DNA of 64,000 nt, taken from the NCBI GenBank assembly GCA_041490525.1, contig JBGPTH010000001.1, positions 44,115-108,114 on the forward strand. Reading direction: 5' to 3'. Origin of the DNA: Nitrospiria bacterium. Lineage in GTDB: Bacteria; Nitrospirota; Nitrospiria; Nitrospirales; NS-4. The notes beneath the pieces are model-generated. The model ran no database searches, had not been told where the DNA came from, and worked only from the letters and a program-made list of their open reading frames with translations. Made by a program: the position numbers and the translations under genes. Positions 44,275 to 53,096 of the stretch are shown one piece after another (position 1 is the stretch's first letter; the number at the start of each line of letters is the position of its first letter).

Positions 44275-45363
44275 TTAGACATTAAATCGGAAGAACATCA
44301 CGTCTCCGTCCTTGACCATGTAGTCGCGCCCTTCCAACCGGAATAACCCCTTCTCCTTGACGGCCGCCTCGGATCCGCAGGCGATCAGGTCGTCGTAATG
44401 GTAGACCTCGGCCCGGATAAATCCCCGTTCCATATCGGAGTGGACCTTGCCGGCCGCCTGCGCCGCCTTCGTTCCCTGGCGAACGGTCCAAGCCCTCGAC
44501 TCGGTCTCCCCCGCCGTGAAGAAGGTAATCAGCCCCAACAAGTCATAGGCCGTTCGGACAAGCCGGACGAGGCCGGACTCTCCCATCCCGAGTTCCCGGA
44601 GGTATTCCGCGCGCTCGTCCGGGTCCAGCGCGGCCACCTCGGCCTCGATGCGCCCGCAGAGCTTCACCAATTTGGCCCCACGGGCGCGCGCCACCTCTTC
44701 GACCAGGCCGACGTTCGGGTCATTCATCTGGTCTTCGCTCACGTTGGCCGCATAGATCACGGGTTTGGACGTCAACAGTTGATAATCGCGCACCCAGGTC
44801 TGCTCCTCCACGGAGAATGTCCGGAGGCCGAGCCACTCCCCCTTCCCCAGGCCATCGATGAGGGAGTCGAGGAAGGTCTTCTCCTTGGCCGCCGGCGCCT
44901 CCCCGGCCCGCACCCTTTTCTCGAGCCGGTCGCGCCGCCGCTCCAGGGCCTCCAGGTCGGCCAGGATCAACTCGGTTTCAACCAACTCCATGTCGCGTTT
45001 GGGATCCACCGGGCCCACGACATGCATCACATCGGGATCATGAAAGCAGCGCACCACATGCACGAGGAGATCGGCCTCACGGACCTGGCTCAGGAACTGG
45101 TTGCCCAGCCCCTCCCCATGGCTCGCCCCCTGGACCAGGCCGGCGAGGTCACGGAATTCGATCGTGGTGGGGGTGATTTTCCTGGATTTGAAGATCTCCA
45201 CCAGCCGCGCCAACCGCTCATCGGGCACGGCCGCGACCCCTATGTTGGTCTCGATCGTGGAGAACGGGTAGTTGGCCACGGTGGCCTTTCCCCCCACCAG
45301 GGCGTTGAAGATGGTGGATTTGCCCACATTGGGCAACCCGATGATGCCGCAATTTAATGCCAT
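44275..45363 (-). CDS. ychF: redox-regulated ATPase YchF
   Basis: 'CGIIGLPNVGKSTIFNAL' P-loop. 362 aa. C-terminal TGS-like 'VHSDMERGFIRAEV'. Confidence 0.95.
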   Translation of the reverse strand: MALNCGIIGLPNVGKSTIFNALVGGKATVANYPFSTIETNIGVAAVPDERLARLVEIFKSRKITPTTIEFRDLAGLVQGASHGEGLGNQFLSQVREADLLVHVVRCFHDPDVMHVVGPVDPKRDMELVETELILADLEALERRRDRLEKRVRAGEAPAAKEKTFLDSLIDGLGKGEWLGLRTFSVEEQTWVRDYQLLTSKPVIYAANVSEDQMNDPNVGLVEEVARARGAKLVKLCGRIEAEVAALDPDERAEYLRELGMGESGLVRLVRTAYDLLGLITFFTAGETESRAWTVRQGTKAAQAAGKVHSDMERGFIRAEVYHYDDLIACGSEAAVKEKGLFRLEGRDYMVKDGDVMFFRFNV

Positions 45364-45394
45364 CGTGTGTCTCGAGTCAGGGAAAGCGGCATGG

Positions 45395-45964
45395 CTACTT
45401 GGCGGGCGGGCGGTTGAACCGGTTCATGGCGACCTTCAGCCCCTCGGTCGCCCAACACCCCAACGCCTGGGCGGCCAGTGCGACCGCCTCCTCCAGAATC
45501 GCGCGCTCGCTGGCGGGGACGGGGGCCAAAACGTAGTCCGCGGGGTCCTTCCCTGCCGGAGGGCGCCCCACGCCGATTTTTAGGCGGGCGAACCGGTCCG
45601 TTCCCAGTACGGTGATGATGGAGAGAACCCCGTTGTGCCCGCCGTGTCCCCCGCGGCCCTTGAGACGCACGCGGCCGGGGTCAAGATCGAGGTCGTCGTG
45701 AACAACGATGACGTCGGAGAGGGCCAGCCCAAGACCGTCGAGGAGGTCGGCCACGAGGGGCCCGCTACGGTTCATGAAGCCCTGGGGCTTAGCGAGGATG
45801 ACGTCCTCACCGGCCACGCGCCCCTGAGCCCTGGCGACCAGGCCGTGCCGCTTAAAGGTCAGCCCGGCCACGCCCGCCACCGAATCCACAACCCAAAACC
45901 CCATGTTGTGTCTGGTGTGGGCATAGGCTGGCCCCGGATTGCCGAGGCCGACGATCAGCCGCAA
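45395..45964 (-). CDS. pth: peptidyl-tRNA hydrolase
   Basis: 'MRLIVGLGNPGPAYAHTRHNMGFWV' and 'GGHGGHNGVLSI' are Pth motifs. Confidence 0.95.
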   Translation of the reverse strand: MRLIVGLGNPGPAYAHTRHNMGFWVVDSVAGVAGLTFKRHGLVARAQGRVAGEDVILAKPQGFMNRSGPLVADLLDGLGLALSDVIVVHDDLDLDPGRVRLKGRGGHGGHNGVLSIITVLGTDRFARLKIGVGRPPAGKDPADYVLAPVPASERAILEEAVALAAQALGCWATEGLKVAMNRFNRPPAK

Positions 45965-45966
45965 CG

Positions 45967-46770
45967 CTACTTCTTTTTCTCCACCTTGGATTCCTTACCT
46001 TCCTTCGCTTCTTTCTTCTCCTCTTTGCCTTCAGCCGCAGGGGCCGGCGCAGCCACAGCTTTGGCGCCCGGCTTGGCCGCTGCCGCTGCCGCACCCTCCT
46101 CCGTCACCTCCTCTTCCTTGCCCTTTCCGATAACCTCCGGCTCCACCGCCCCTTCCCCGGCCGGTGTCGTCGCCAGGAGGGCTTCAAGTTTGGCCTCGGA
46201 AATCGGCGCGGCAATGCTGATCACCATCATCTCGGGATCGTCCAGGATCCTGATCCCGGGAGGCAGCGCGATCTCCTTGACGTGAATGCCCTGGTTGATC
46301 TTGAGCGGGGTCGGATCCACCACAATGGACGAGGGGATCTGACTCGGCAGGCACTCGATGTGCAAGTCGCGCACGTTGTGCTGCAGGATGCCGCCCTCGG
46401 CGACACCCACCGGAATGCCTTCGGTCGCCGTCACCGGCACGCGGACGCGGACCGGCCGGTCCATCGCCACCTCAAAGAGGTCGGCGTGTAGGATCGTCCC
46501 GGTGATCGGGTCCACCTGGTAGTCGCGAAGCATGGCCGTCCGCTTCATGGGCGGGCCGTCTCCGGCAATGTTGAGATTGAGCAACGTATTGGACCCGGCC
46601 TTTGAATGGAGGACCTTGCGGATCTCCCCGGGTTCCATCGTCAAGGCCAGACATTCCCCCTGGCCGTAGAGGATCCCGGGAATCTTGCCCTCTCGCCGCA
46701 GGGTTCGGGCCACGCCCTTCCCCACCACCGTGCGGCGTTGCACCTTCATGTCATACTGCATGTGACCCAT
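45967..46770 (-). CDS. rplY: 50S ribosomal protein L25/general stress protein Ctc with Ala/Lys/Glu-rich tail
   Basis: Likely start ATG 46770 ('MGHMQYDMKVQRRTVVGKGVARTLRREGKIPGILYG') behind GGAGAGAA; the listed start 46890 is an overrun. The C-terminal low-complexity tail reads 'AAAAAAKPGAKAVAAPAPAAEGKEEKKEAKEGKESKVEKKK'. Confidence 0.88.
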   Translation of the reverse strand: MGHMQYDMKVQRRTVVGKGVARTLRREGKIPGILYGQGECLALTMEPGEIRKVLHSKAGSNTLLNLNIAGDGPPMKRTAMLRDYQVDPITGTILHADLFEVAMDRPVRVRVPVTATEGIPVGVAEGGILQHNVRDLHIECLPSQIPSSIVVDPTPLKINQGIHVKEIALPPGIRILDDPEMMVISIAAPISEAKLEALLATTPAGEGAVEPEVIGKGKEEEVTEEGAAAAAAKPGAKAVAAPAPAAEGKEEKKEAKEGKESKVEKKK

Positions 46771-46793
46771 TTCTCTCCCCTCGTCTCTCCGCG

Positions 46794-47732
46794 TTACACA
46801 AACAAGGAACTGACGGATTCCTCCTCGTGAATCCGCTTGATGGCCTCCCCCAGCAACGGCGCCACGGACAGGACCCGCAACATGGGACACGTGCGCTCCT
46901 TCCCGTTGAGGGGGATGGTATTGGTGACGACCACCTCCTCCAGCTTCGAGGCGTTCAACCGGTCCAGCGCGGGGCCCGAGAGCACGGGATGCGTGCAGGC
47001 CGCCCAGACGCGACGGGCTCCGTGCTCCATGCAGGCCCGCGCCCCCTGGGCGATCGTCCCAGCGGTGTCGATCATGTCGTCCAGCAGCAGGGCGTCGCGT
47101 CCGGAGACGTCGCCGATAATATACATTACGTGGGCTTCATTCGGCCCTTCCCGCCGCTTGTCGATGATCGCGAGGTTGGCCTGGAGGCGCTTGGCGAAGG
47201 CCCGGGCCCGCTCCACTCCTCCCGCATCCGGCGAGACCACGACCAGATCCTGCCCCCCCCGGCGCCCGACATAGTCCAACAGGACTGGGGCCGCGTAGAG
47301 ATGGTCCACGGGGATCTTGAAAAACCCCTGGATCTGGCCGGCATGAAGGTCCATGGTGAGCACCCGATCCGCCCCGGCGGTGGTGATCAGATCCGCCACG
47401 AGCTTCGCGGAGATCGGCACGCGCGGCTGGTCCTTGCGGTCCTGGCGCCCGTATCCGTAATATGGGATGACCGCCGTGATCCGGTAGGCCGACGACCGTT
47501 TCAAGGCATCGATCATGAGCAGCAGCTCCATCACATGCTTGTTGACCGGGTCGCAGCACGACTGGAACAGGAAGACATCCTTGCCCCGCACATTCTCGTT
47601 GATCTGGATCCGGATCTCGCCATCGCTGAAGGTGGTCACGAGGGCGTCCCCTTGCTCCACCCCCAGGTAGTCGCACACCTCCTTCAGGAGCCCCGGGTTC
47701 GACAGCCCCGCAAAGACTTTTAGTTCATACAC
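46794..47732 (-). CDS. prs: ribose-phosphate pyrophosphokinase
   Basis: '[13 protein letters not shown]', '[12 protein letters not shown]' and '[11 protein letters not shown]' are PRPP-synthetase motifs. Confidence 0.95.
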   Translation of the reverse strand: MYELKVFAGLSNPGLLKEVCDYLGVEQGDALVTTFSDGEIRIQINENVRGKDVFLFQSCCDPVNKHVMELLLMIDALKRSSAYRITAVIPYYGYGRQDRKDQPRVPISAKLVADLITTAGADRVLTMDLHAGQIQGFFKIPVDHLYAAPVLLDYVGRRGGQDLVVVSPDAGGVERARAFAKRLQANLAIIDKRREGPNEAHVMYIIGDVSGRDALLLDDMIDTAGTIAQGARACMEHGARRVWAACTHPVLSGPALDRLNASKLEEVVVTNTIPLNGKERTCPMLRVLSVAPLLGEAIKRIHEEESVSSLFV

Positions 47733-47784
47733 GGCGCCCCTCCGCCTGATGGGACCAGGCTCCTACCGGCTCCAGAAAAAATAC

Positions 47785-47814
47785 ATTATGAACATTCTTG
47801 AATTGGGAAGTCAA
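47785..47814 (-). promoter_or_regulatory. candidate sigma-70 promoter for prs
   Basis: Minus strand: TTGACT (47809-47814), 18-nt spacer, CATAAT (47785-47790). About 50 nt upstream of ATG 47732, in a locally AT-rich spacer. Confidence 0.3.
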
Positions 47815-47825
47815 ATGGAAGGCGC

Positions 47826-48734
47826 CTAGCTGCAGGGGACGGACCGTGTCTGCGTCACCCAGACACGCCAGCCCGACCGGCGATCCAATCCTTCGGCCGC
47901 CGCCCGGGCCGCCCTCTCCGAGGGAAACACCCCGAACACGGTTGAGCCGCTTCCTGAAAGCATGGCGGCCTGAGCGCCGCGATCAAGGAGCAGACGCCGG
48001 ATGTCGCCGAGCACCGGGTATTCCCGTTCCATGACCGGTGCGAAATCGTTGGCCGCCAAGGCGAGCAGATCGCTCCACTTCACCGCCGGAGGGCTGTCGG
48101 GTTCCTGGGTGGAAAAGAGTAGGGCCGGGCGAAAAAGCTGGCCGGGCTCCTCCCCTGTCCGTGAGGCCGCCAGCCGCGCATAGGCCCACGCCGTGGAGAT
48201 CGCGATGCCGGGATTCACCAGAACGAGCCAGCCTCCGCCCTCCAGGTGAAGCGGCAAGACCCGCTCTCCACGTCCCTCGACGAGCGCCGTGTGGCCGAAA
48301 AAAAAGAACGGCACATCGCTGCCGATCCCCTGCCCGAGGGCGGCCATGTCGGCCCGGGACCACCCCGTGTCGAAGAGGATTGCCAAGGCCCGGATGGTTG
48401 CGGCCGCATCGCTGCTGCCCCCGCCGACCCCGGCCGCCACGGGGAGCCGCTTGCGGAGGACGAGGCGAATGCCTCCCGGCCTCCCCACTTGTGTAAGGAC
48501 CCGCTCCGCCGCGCGGTAGGCCAGATTCCTCGCATCAGTCGGTAGGTCCGCCCCTTCGCAGAAGAATCGGATCCCCGGAGCGCCCCTGTCTTCCTCGGCC
48601 ACCACCGTATCCGCCAGGTCGATGGCCTGCATGATCGACCAGAGGTTATGGTAGCCGTCCGGCCGCCGGTCCAACACGCGAAGGACAAGATTGATTTTCC
48701 CGGGCGCGTCCACCGCGACACCGTGGCTACTCAC
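47826..48734 (-). CDS. ispE: 4-(cytidine 5'-diphospho)-2-C-methyl-D-erythritol kinase
   Basis: 'APGKINLVLRVLDRRPDGYHNL' and the GHMP motif 'PVAAGVGGGSSDAAA'. Confidence 0.92.
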   Translation of the reverse strand: MSSHGVAVDAPGKINLVLRVLDRRPDGYHNLWSIMQAIDLADTVVAEEDRGAPGIRFFCEGADLPTDARNLAYRAAERVLTQVGRPGGIRLVLRKRLPVAAGVGGGSSDAAATIRALAILFDTGWSRADMAALGQGIGSDVPFFFFGHTALVEGRGERVLPLHLEGGGWLVLVNPGIAISTAWAYARLAASRTGEEPGQLFRPALLFSTQEPDSPPAVKWSDLLALAANDFAPVMEREYPVLGDIRRLLLDRGAQAAMLSGSGSTVFGVFPSERAARAAAEGLDRRSGWRVWVTQTRSVPCS

Positions 48735-50166
48735 CCTCGTCCCCCTCGTCCTCCTCCGGAGGCTCGTCCGACCCGTTCCCGCGTTTGATCCCGTATTTCT
48801 CCAGGCGGTAGCGGAACGACCGGGTATTGAGCTTCAGCAGGCGTGCCGCCGCGTTCTTGCGGCCGCCGCTACGCTCCAACGCTTTGACCAGCAAGCCTCG
48901 CTCAAAGCCGTTCAGCAGGCCTTCGAGGTCGAGCCCCTCCTGAGGGAGACTCGTCGGGAGCGTCGTCCCTGCCTCGGACGAGGGCCGGAGCCAGTCCCCA
49001 AGATCAGCGAGGGTGATCTCGGGCCCCGGCGCCAGTGCCACCGCCCGTTCCATTACATTGACCAGCTCACGGACGTTGCCCTTCCACTCATACTGCTGGA
49101 GCGCTTTCATAGCCTCAGGCGCAATGGTCAAGCCGGGCTTGTTCGCCCGCCGGCCGAAGTGCCCCAGGAAGTGTTGGAGGAGCAAGGGGATATCCTCGGG
49201 GCGCGACCGAAGCGGGGGGAGCGTGATAGGGATCACCTCCAACCGATAGTAGAGGTCCTCGCGAAACAGCCCCTGGGCCACCGCCTTGTTCAAGTCCCGG
49301 TTCGTCGCCGCGATGATCCGAACGTCCACTTTGATGTTGCGGGTTCCACCGACCCGTCGGAACTCCCGCTCCTGGATCACGCGCAAGAGCTTGGCCTGGA
49401 TCCCCGGGGGAATCTCCCCGATCTCGTCAAGGAACAGGGTGCCTCCGCTGGCCACCTCGAAAAGCCCTTCCTTGTTGGACACCGCGCCCGTGAACGAGCC
49501 CCGCATGTGTCCGAACAGCTCGCTTTCCAGCAGGGGCTCCGGGAGCGCCGCACAACACACCGTCACGAAGGCGCGATCCCGGCGGAGGCTGTTGTTGTGG
49601 ATGGCGCGCGCGGCGAGCTCCTTCCCCGTGCCGCTCTCCCCGCAGAGCAGAACGGTGCTGTTGGTCTCCGCCACGCGGCGGATGATGGCGAAGACCTTGT
49701 GCATCGCCTCGCTCTCCCCGATGATGTTCTCGAAAGCGCCCCGCCCCTTCAACTCCCGCTTCAACAGGAGGTTTTCGGCCGTGAGCCGCTTGGCATCGAC
49801 GGCCTTGCGGACGATGAGCTCCACGTGGTCGTTGTTGAAGGGCTTGGGCAGGACATCGTAGGCCCCCAGCTTCATGGCCTCGATCCCGACATCGAACGTG
49901 GCGAAGGCGGTCAGCACCACGACCACCGTGTCTGGAGAGATTTCTTTCACCGTTTTGAGGACATCCATCCCCCCGATGGGGCCCGGCATTTTGAGGTCCG
50001 TGAGGACGACATCAAAGATGTCCGCTTCGATCATCCGGACGGCTTGCTCGCCGGTCTCGGCCAAGGCCACGCTGTGACCGGCACGCTCCAGGAAGGTACT
50101 CAAAACCTCGCGCATCCCTCTCTCGTCGTCCACGACCAGAATTTTCGCCGAGGCCGGTTCCATCAC
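48727..50166 (-). CDS. pilR: sigma-54-dependent response regulator (NtrC family, PilR-like by context)
   Basis: Receiver ('ILVVDDE', 'FDVVLTDLKMPG'), AAA+ domain ('GESGTGKELAARAIH', 'GSFTGA' sigma-54 contact loop) and a C-terminal Fis-type HTH ('GGRKNAAARLLKLNTRSFRYRLEK'). It follows a PilS-like kinase and pilB/pilC. Confidence 0.8.
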   Translation of the reverse strand: MMEPASAKILVVDDERGMREVLSTFLERAGHSVALAETGEQAVRMIEADIFDVVLTDLKMPGPIGGMDVLKTVKEISPDTVVVVLTAFATFDVGIEAMKLGAYDVLPKPFNNDHVELIVRKAVDAKRLTAENLLLKRELKGRGAFENIIGESEAMHKVFAIIRRVAETNSTVLLCGESGTGKELAARAIHNNSLRRDRAFVTVCCAALPEPLLESELFGHMRGSFTGAVSNKEGLFEVASGGTLFLDEIGEIPPGIQAKLLRVIQEREFRRVGGTRNIKVDVRIIAATNRDLNKAVAQGLFREDLYYRLEVIPITLPPLRSRPEDIPLLLQHFLGHFGRRANKPGLTIAPEAMKALQQYEWKGNVRELVNVMERAVALAPGPEITLADLGDWLRPSSEAGTTLPTSLPQEGLDLEGLLNGFERGLLVKALERSGGRKNAAARLLKLNTRSFRYRLEKYGIKRGNGSDEPPEEDEGDEGE

Positions 50167-51869
50167 GGCGTCTTCACCTCCGCGTGATCCCGGATCGGCA
50201 GCAGGAGCCGCACGCGCGTCCCCTGCCCCGGCGCCGTGTCCACGTGCACTGCGCCCTCATGCGCATCCATGATCCGGTGCACCACCGACAGGCCGAGCCC
50301 GGTGCCGCCCTCCTTCGTCGTGAAGAAGGGATAGAAGATTTTCCTGAGATGGTCCTCGGGGATACCGCAGCCGGTGTCCTCGAACACAATCTCGACCCGC
50401 TCCCCCTCCAGCGTGCCCGCCGGGGCCGTCGCCCGGCTGGTGGTCACCGTCAACGTCCCCCCTTGGGGCATGGCCTGACAGGCGTTCAGGCCGAGATTCC
50501 AGCACACCTGGCGCATCTGATCGGGGTCCAGCATGGTCGTCGTGACGCCCTTCTCGGCCAGGCGGCGGACAAACCGGATCGACGTGTCGTAAGGAGGCGT
50601 CTGCTCCAGCATCCGGATGGTCTCGTCGACGAACTCGCTGACGTGGCACGGCTTGAGGTTCAACGGGCGGGGCCGGGCGTACTGGAGAAAACCGTTCACG
50701 ATCCCGTTCAACCGCTCGGTTTCGCGCAGGACGAGGTCCAGCAGGGACCGGTTGGCATCCGCGGGGCGCAGATCCTTGCGGAGCACCTGGATCGCGCCGG
50801 ACAGGGAGGCAAGAGGATTCCGGACCTCATGTGCCATGCCCGCCGACATCTCCCCGATCGTCGCCAGCCACTGTTTGCGACGCACCTCTTCTTCCATCTT
50901 CTTGAGGGGGGTGAGGTCCTGGAAGACCCCGACGAGCCCGGTGCGCACGCCCCGCTGGTGCAGGGGTGAGAGGCTCATGCCCAGGATCAGGCGGCTGCCG
51001 TCCTTGCGGCGTCCCATCTCCTCGATCCGACCCGGAAGATTAGACGGCTGCAGGGCTTTCGTGCTGATGGAGGCGGGCCAGCCGAAGACCTCCCACCAGA
51101 GGCGATCGCGGACCTCGGCCTCTGTACACCCCATGATCTCCTCGGCCCTCCGATTGAATGAGGTGACCAGTCCCCCAGAGCTGGTCGTGAAGACCCCGCT
51201 CTCGATGCTTTCCAGAATGCATCGGTGAAACTCCTGCAGCCCCAAAATGTCGCGGTCCTTCTCCTCTAGGCGCTCCCCGGCGCTCTGGAGTTTCCGCGCC
51301 AGGGTCCCGCTCAGATACCCGACCATCACGAACCCGAGGAGATTGATTGACAGGTTGTAGAAAATCTCGGGCACCGCCAGGCTGGTCGTCGGCAGCCACG
51401 ACAGGGACGGGAAGAGATGATAGGTGACGCGATAATACTGCAGGTCGACGATCACCCCGTAGAGGATCCCGGCCGACGAGGCCACCACGAGGGTCCCGTT
51501 GTTGGACAGGAGCACGCTGGCAGAGATGATCGACAGGATATAGAGGAGCGAGAACGGGCTTTCCACTCCCCCGGTGACCGCCACCAGGGCGGTCTCAATC
51601 AGAATGTCGCCCGCAAGCTGGAAGTAGGCAAACGGCACCAGCGCCCGGATGCGGTTGATGACCAGGCCGTACACCGCGGTGAGCAAGGCGGTCCCGCCGA
51701 TCAGGGCATAATAGACGGGAATCGAATGGGGGTTCTTGCCGATCTGGAAATAGATCGACACCCCCAGCGTCAGGGTCACGATGAGGACCCGGATGCCCAT
51801 GAGCCATTTGAGCTTGCGGCGGAGAAGGTCCATACATTTCGTCGACCCGCACGGGCCCTCAGCCCACAA
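50163..51869 (-). CDS. pilS: sensor histidine kinase, PilS-like (polytopic N-terminus, PAS, HisKA, HATPase)
   Basis: Roughly six N-terminal TM helices, a PAS-like region, the H-box 'SAGMAHEVRNPLASL' and an ATPase domain ('DTGCGI', 'GTGLGL'). Overlaps pilR by 4 nt. Confidence 0.75.
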   Translation of the reverse strand: MWAEGPCGSTKCMDLLRRKLKWLMGIRVLIVTLTLGVSIYFQIGKNPHSIPVYYALIGGTALLTAVYGLVINRIRALVPFAYFQLAGDILIETALVAVTGGVESPFSLLYILSIISASVLLSNNGTLVVASSAGILYGVIVDLQYYRVTYHLFPSLSWLPTTSLAVPEIFYNLSINLLGFVMVGYLSGTLARKLQSAGERLEEKDRDILGLQEFHRCILESIESGVFTTSSGGLVTSFNRRAEEIMGCTEAEVRDRLWWEVFGWPASISTKALQPSNLPGRIEEMGRRKDGSRLILGMSLSPLHQRGVRTGLVGVFQDLTPLKKMEEEVRRKQWLATIGEMSAGMAHEVRNPLASLSGAIQVLRKDLRPADANRSLLDLVLRETERLNGIVNGFLQYARPRPLNLKPCHVSEFVDETIRMLEQTPPYDTSIRFVRRLAEKGVTTTMLDPDQMRQVCWNLGLNACQAMPQGGTLTVTTSRATAPAGTLEGERVEIVFEDTGCGIPEDHLRKIFYPFFTTKEGGTGLGLSVVHRIMDAHEGAVHVDTAPGQGTRVRLLLPIRDHAEVKTP

Positions 51870-53061
51870 CCGACGCCATCTTGAAAATAGGCAGGTACAT
51901 CGCGATCACGATGAACCCGATCACGACACCCAGGAACACCATCAGGGCCGGTTCCAGCAGGGAGGTCAGACCGGCCACGGCCGCATCGACCTCGTCGTCG
52001 TAAAATTCGGCGATCTTGATCAGCATGGAGTCCAAGGCGCCGGTCGCCTCACCGACCGAAATCATCTGGACCACCATGGGGGGAAACACGTCGGTTTTTC
52101 CGATCGGGTCGGCGAGGGTCTTTCCTTCGCCCACGCTGGTCCGGGCCGCCAGGATGGCGTTTTCCACGACCTTATTGCCGGAGGCCCGCGCCACGACCTC
52201 GAGGGCGTCCATGATCGGCACGCCACTCTGGAGCATGGTCCCCAGGGTCCGCGTAAACTGGGCCACGGCGACTTTACGGATCAGGTCGCCCACCACCGGT
52301 ATTTTGAGCGCATAGGTGTCGATCTTCAGCCGACCGTCTGGGGTGCCATAGTACCGCTTCAGCGCCCACAGGCCCACCGCGGCCCCCACGGCCATGAAGA
52401 TGATGTACCGCTGCAGGAATTCGCTGAGCGAAATCACGAACTGGGTCGGCCCCGGGAGGGTCCCCCCGACCTCCGTGAACATCTTCGCAAAGATCGGAAT
52501 CACCCAGACCATCAGGACCGCCACCACGATGACGGCCACGCTCACGATGGCGGCGGGATAATACATGGCCGCCTTGATCTGCGCCTTCAGCTTCAGCGCC
52601 TTTTCCATCTGCACGGCCAGCCGGTTCAGGATCGTATCCAGGATCCCGCCGATCTCGCCGGCCTGCACCATGTTGCAATACAGGTTGTCGAAGACCCGGG
52701 GGTGCTTCTTCAGGGCATCCGTGTAGGTCTTTCCGGACTCCACATCCATCCGCACGTCGGTCAACAGCTTGCCGAGGGACTTGTTGTCGCACTGCGTGGA
52801 GAGAATTTCGAGGCACTGCACCAGGGGCAGCCCGGCATCGATCATGGTGGCGAACTGACGGGTGAAGATCACCAGGTCCTTGTCCGTGATCTTCTGCTTC
52901 TTGTCGCCGAAAACCTTGGGCTTTTCCTTCTCTTCGATCGTGGCGACCGTGATACCCTGAGACCGGAGTTGGGAGATGGCCGCATCCCTGTCGGCCGCGC
53001 TGAGTTCCCCTCGGGCCGTCTGCCCCCCTCTGCCTCTCCCGGCGTACGCGAAAACTGCCAT
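51859..53061 (-). CDS. pilC: type IV pilus platform protein (GspF/PilC family)
   Basis: 400 aa with two T2SS-F repeats ('FTRQFATMIDAGLPLVQCL', 'FTRTLGTMLQSGVPIMDAL') and three TM segments. Confidence 0.9.
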   Translation of the reverse strand: MAVFAYAGRGRGGQTARGELSAADRDAAISQLRSQGITVATIEEKEKPKVFGDKKQKITDKDLVIFTRQFATMIDAGLPLVQCLEILSTQCDNKSLGKLLTDVRMDVESGKTYTDALKKHPRVFDNLYCNMVQAGEIGGILDTILNRLAVQMEKALKLKAQIKAAMYYPAAIVSVAVIVVAVLMVWVIPIFAKMFTEVGGTLPGPTQFVISLSEFLQRYIIFMAVGAAVGLWALKRYYGTPDGRLKIDTYALKIPVVGDLIRKVAVAQFTRTLGTMLQSGVPIMDALEVVARASGNKVVENAILAARTSVGEGKTLADPIGKTDVFPPMVVQMISVGEATGALDSMLIKIAEFYDDEVDAAVAGLTSLLEPALMVFLGVVIGFIVIAMYLPIFKMASVVG

Positions 53062-53096
53062 GAAGTCACCTCACTTGGTTGGCAACGGAACCCGGA

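Noticed and set aside
45967-46110. Low-complexity GC-rich segment that looks repeat-like (gccgc/ggc runs and aag/gaa runs)
   Set aside because: It is the in-frame Ala/Pro/Lys/Glu-rich C-terminal tail of ribosomal protein L25/Ctc, not a non-coding repeat element.
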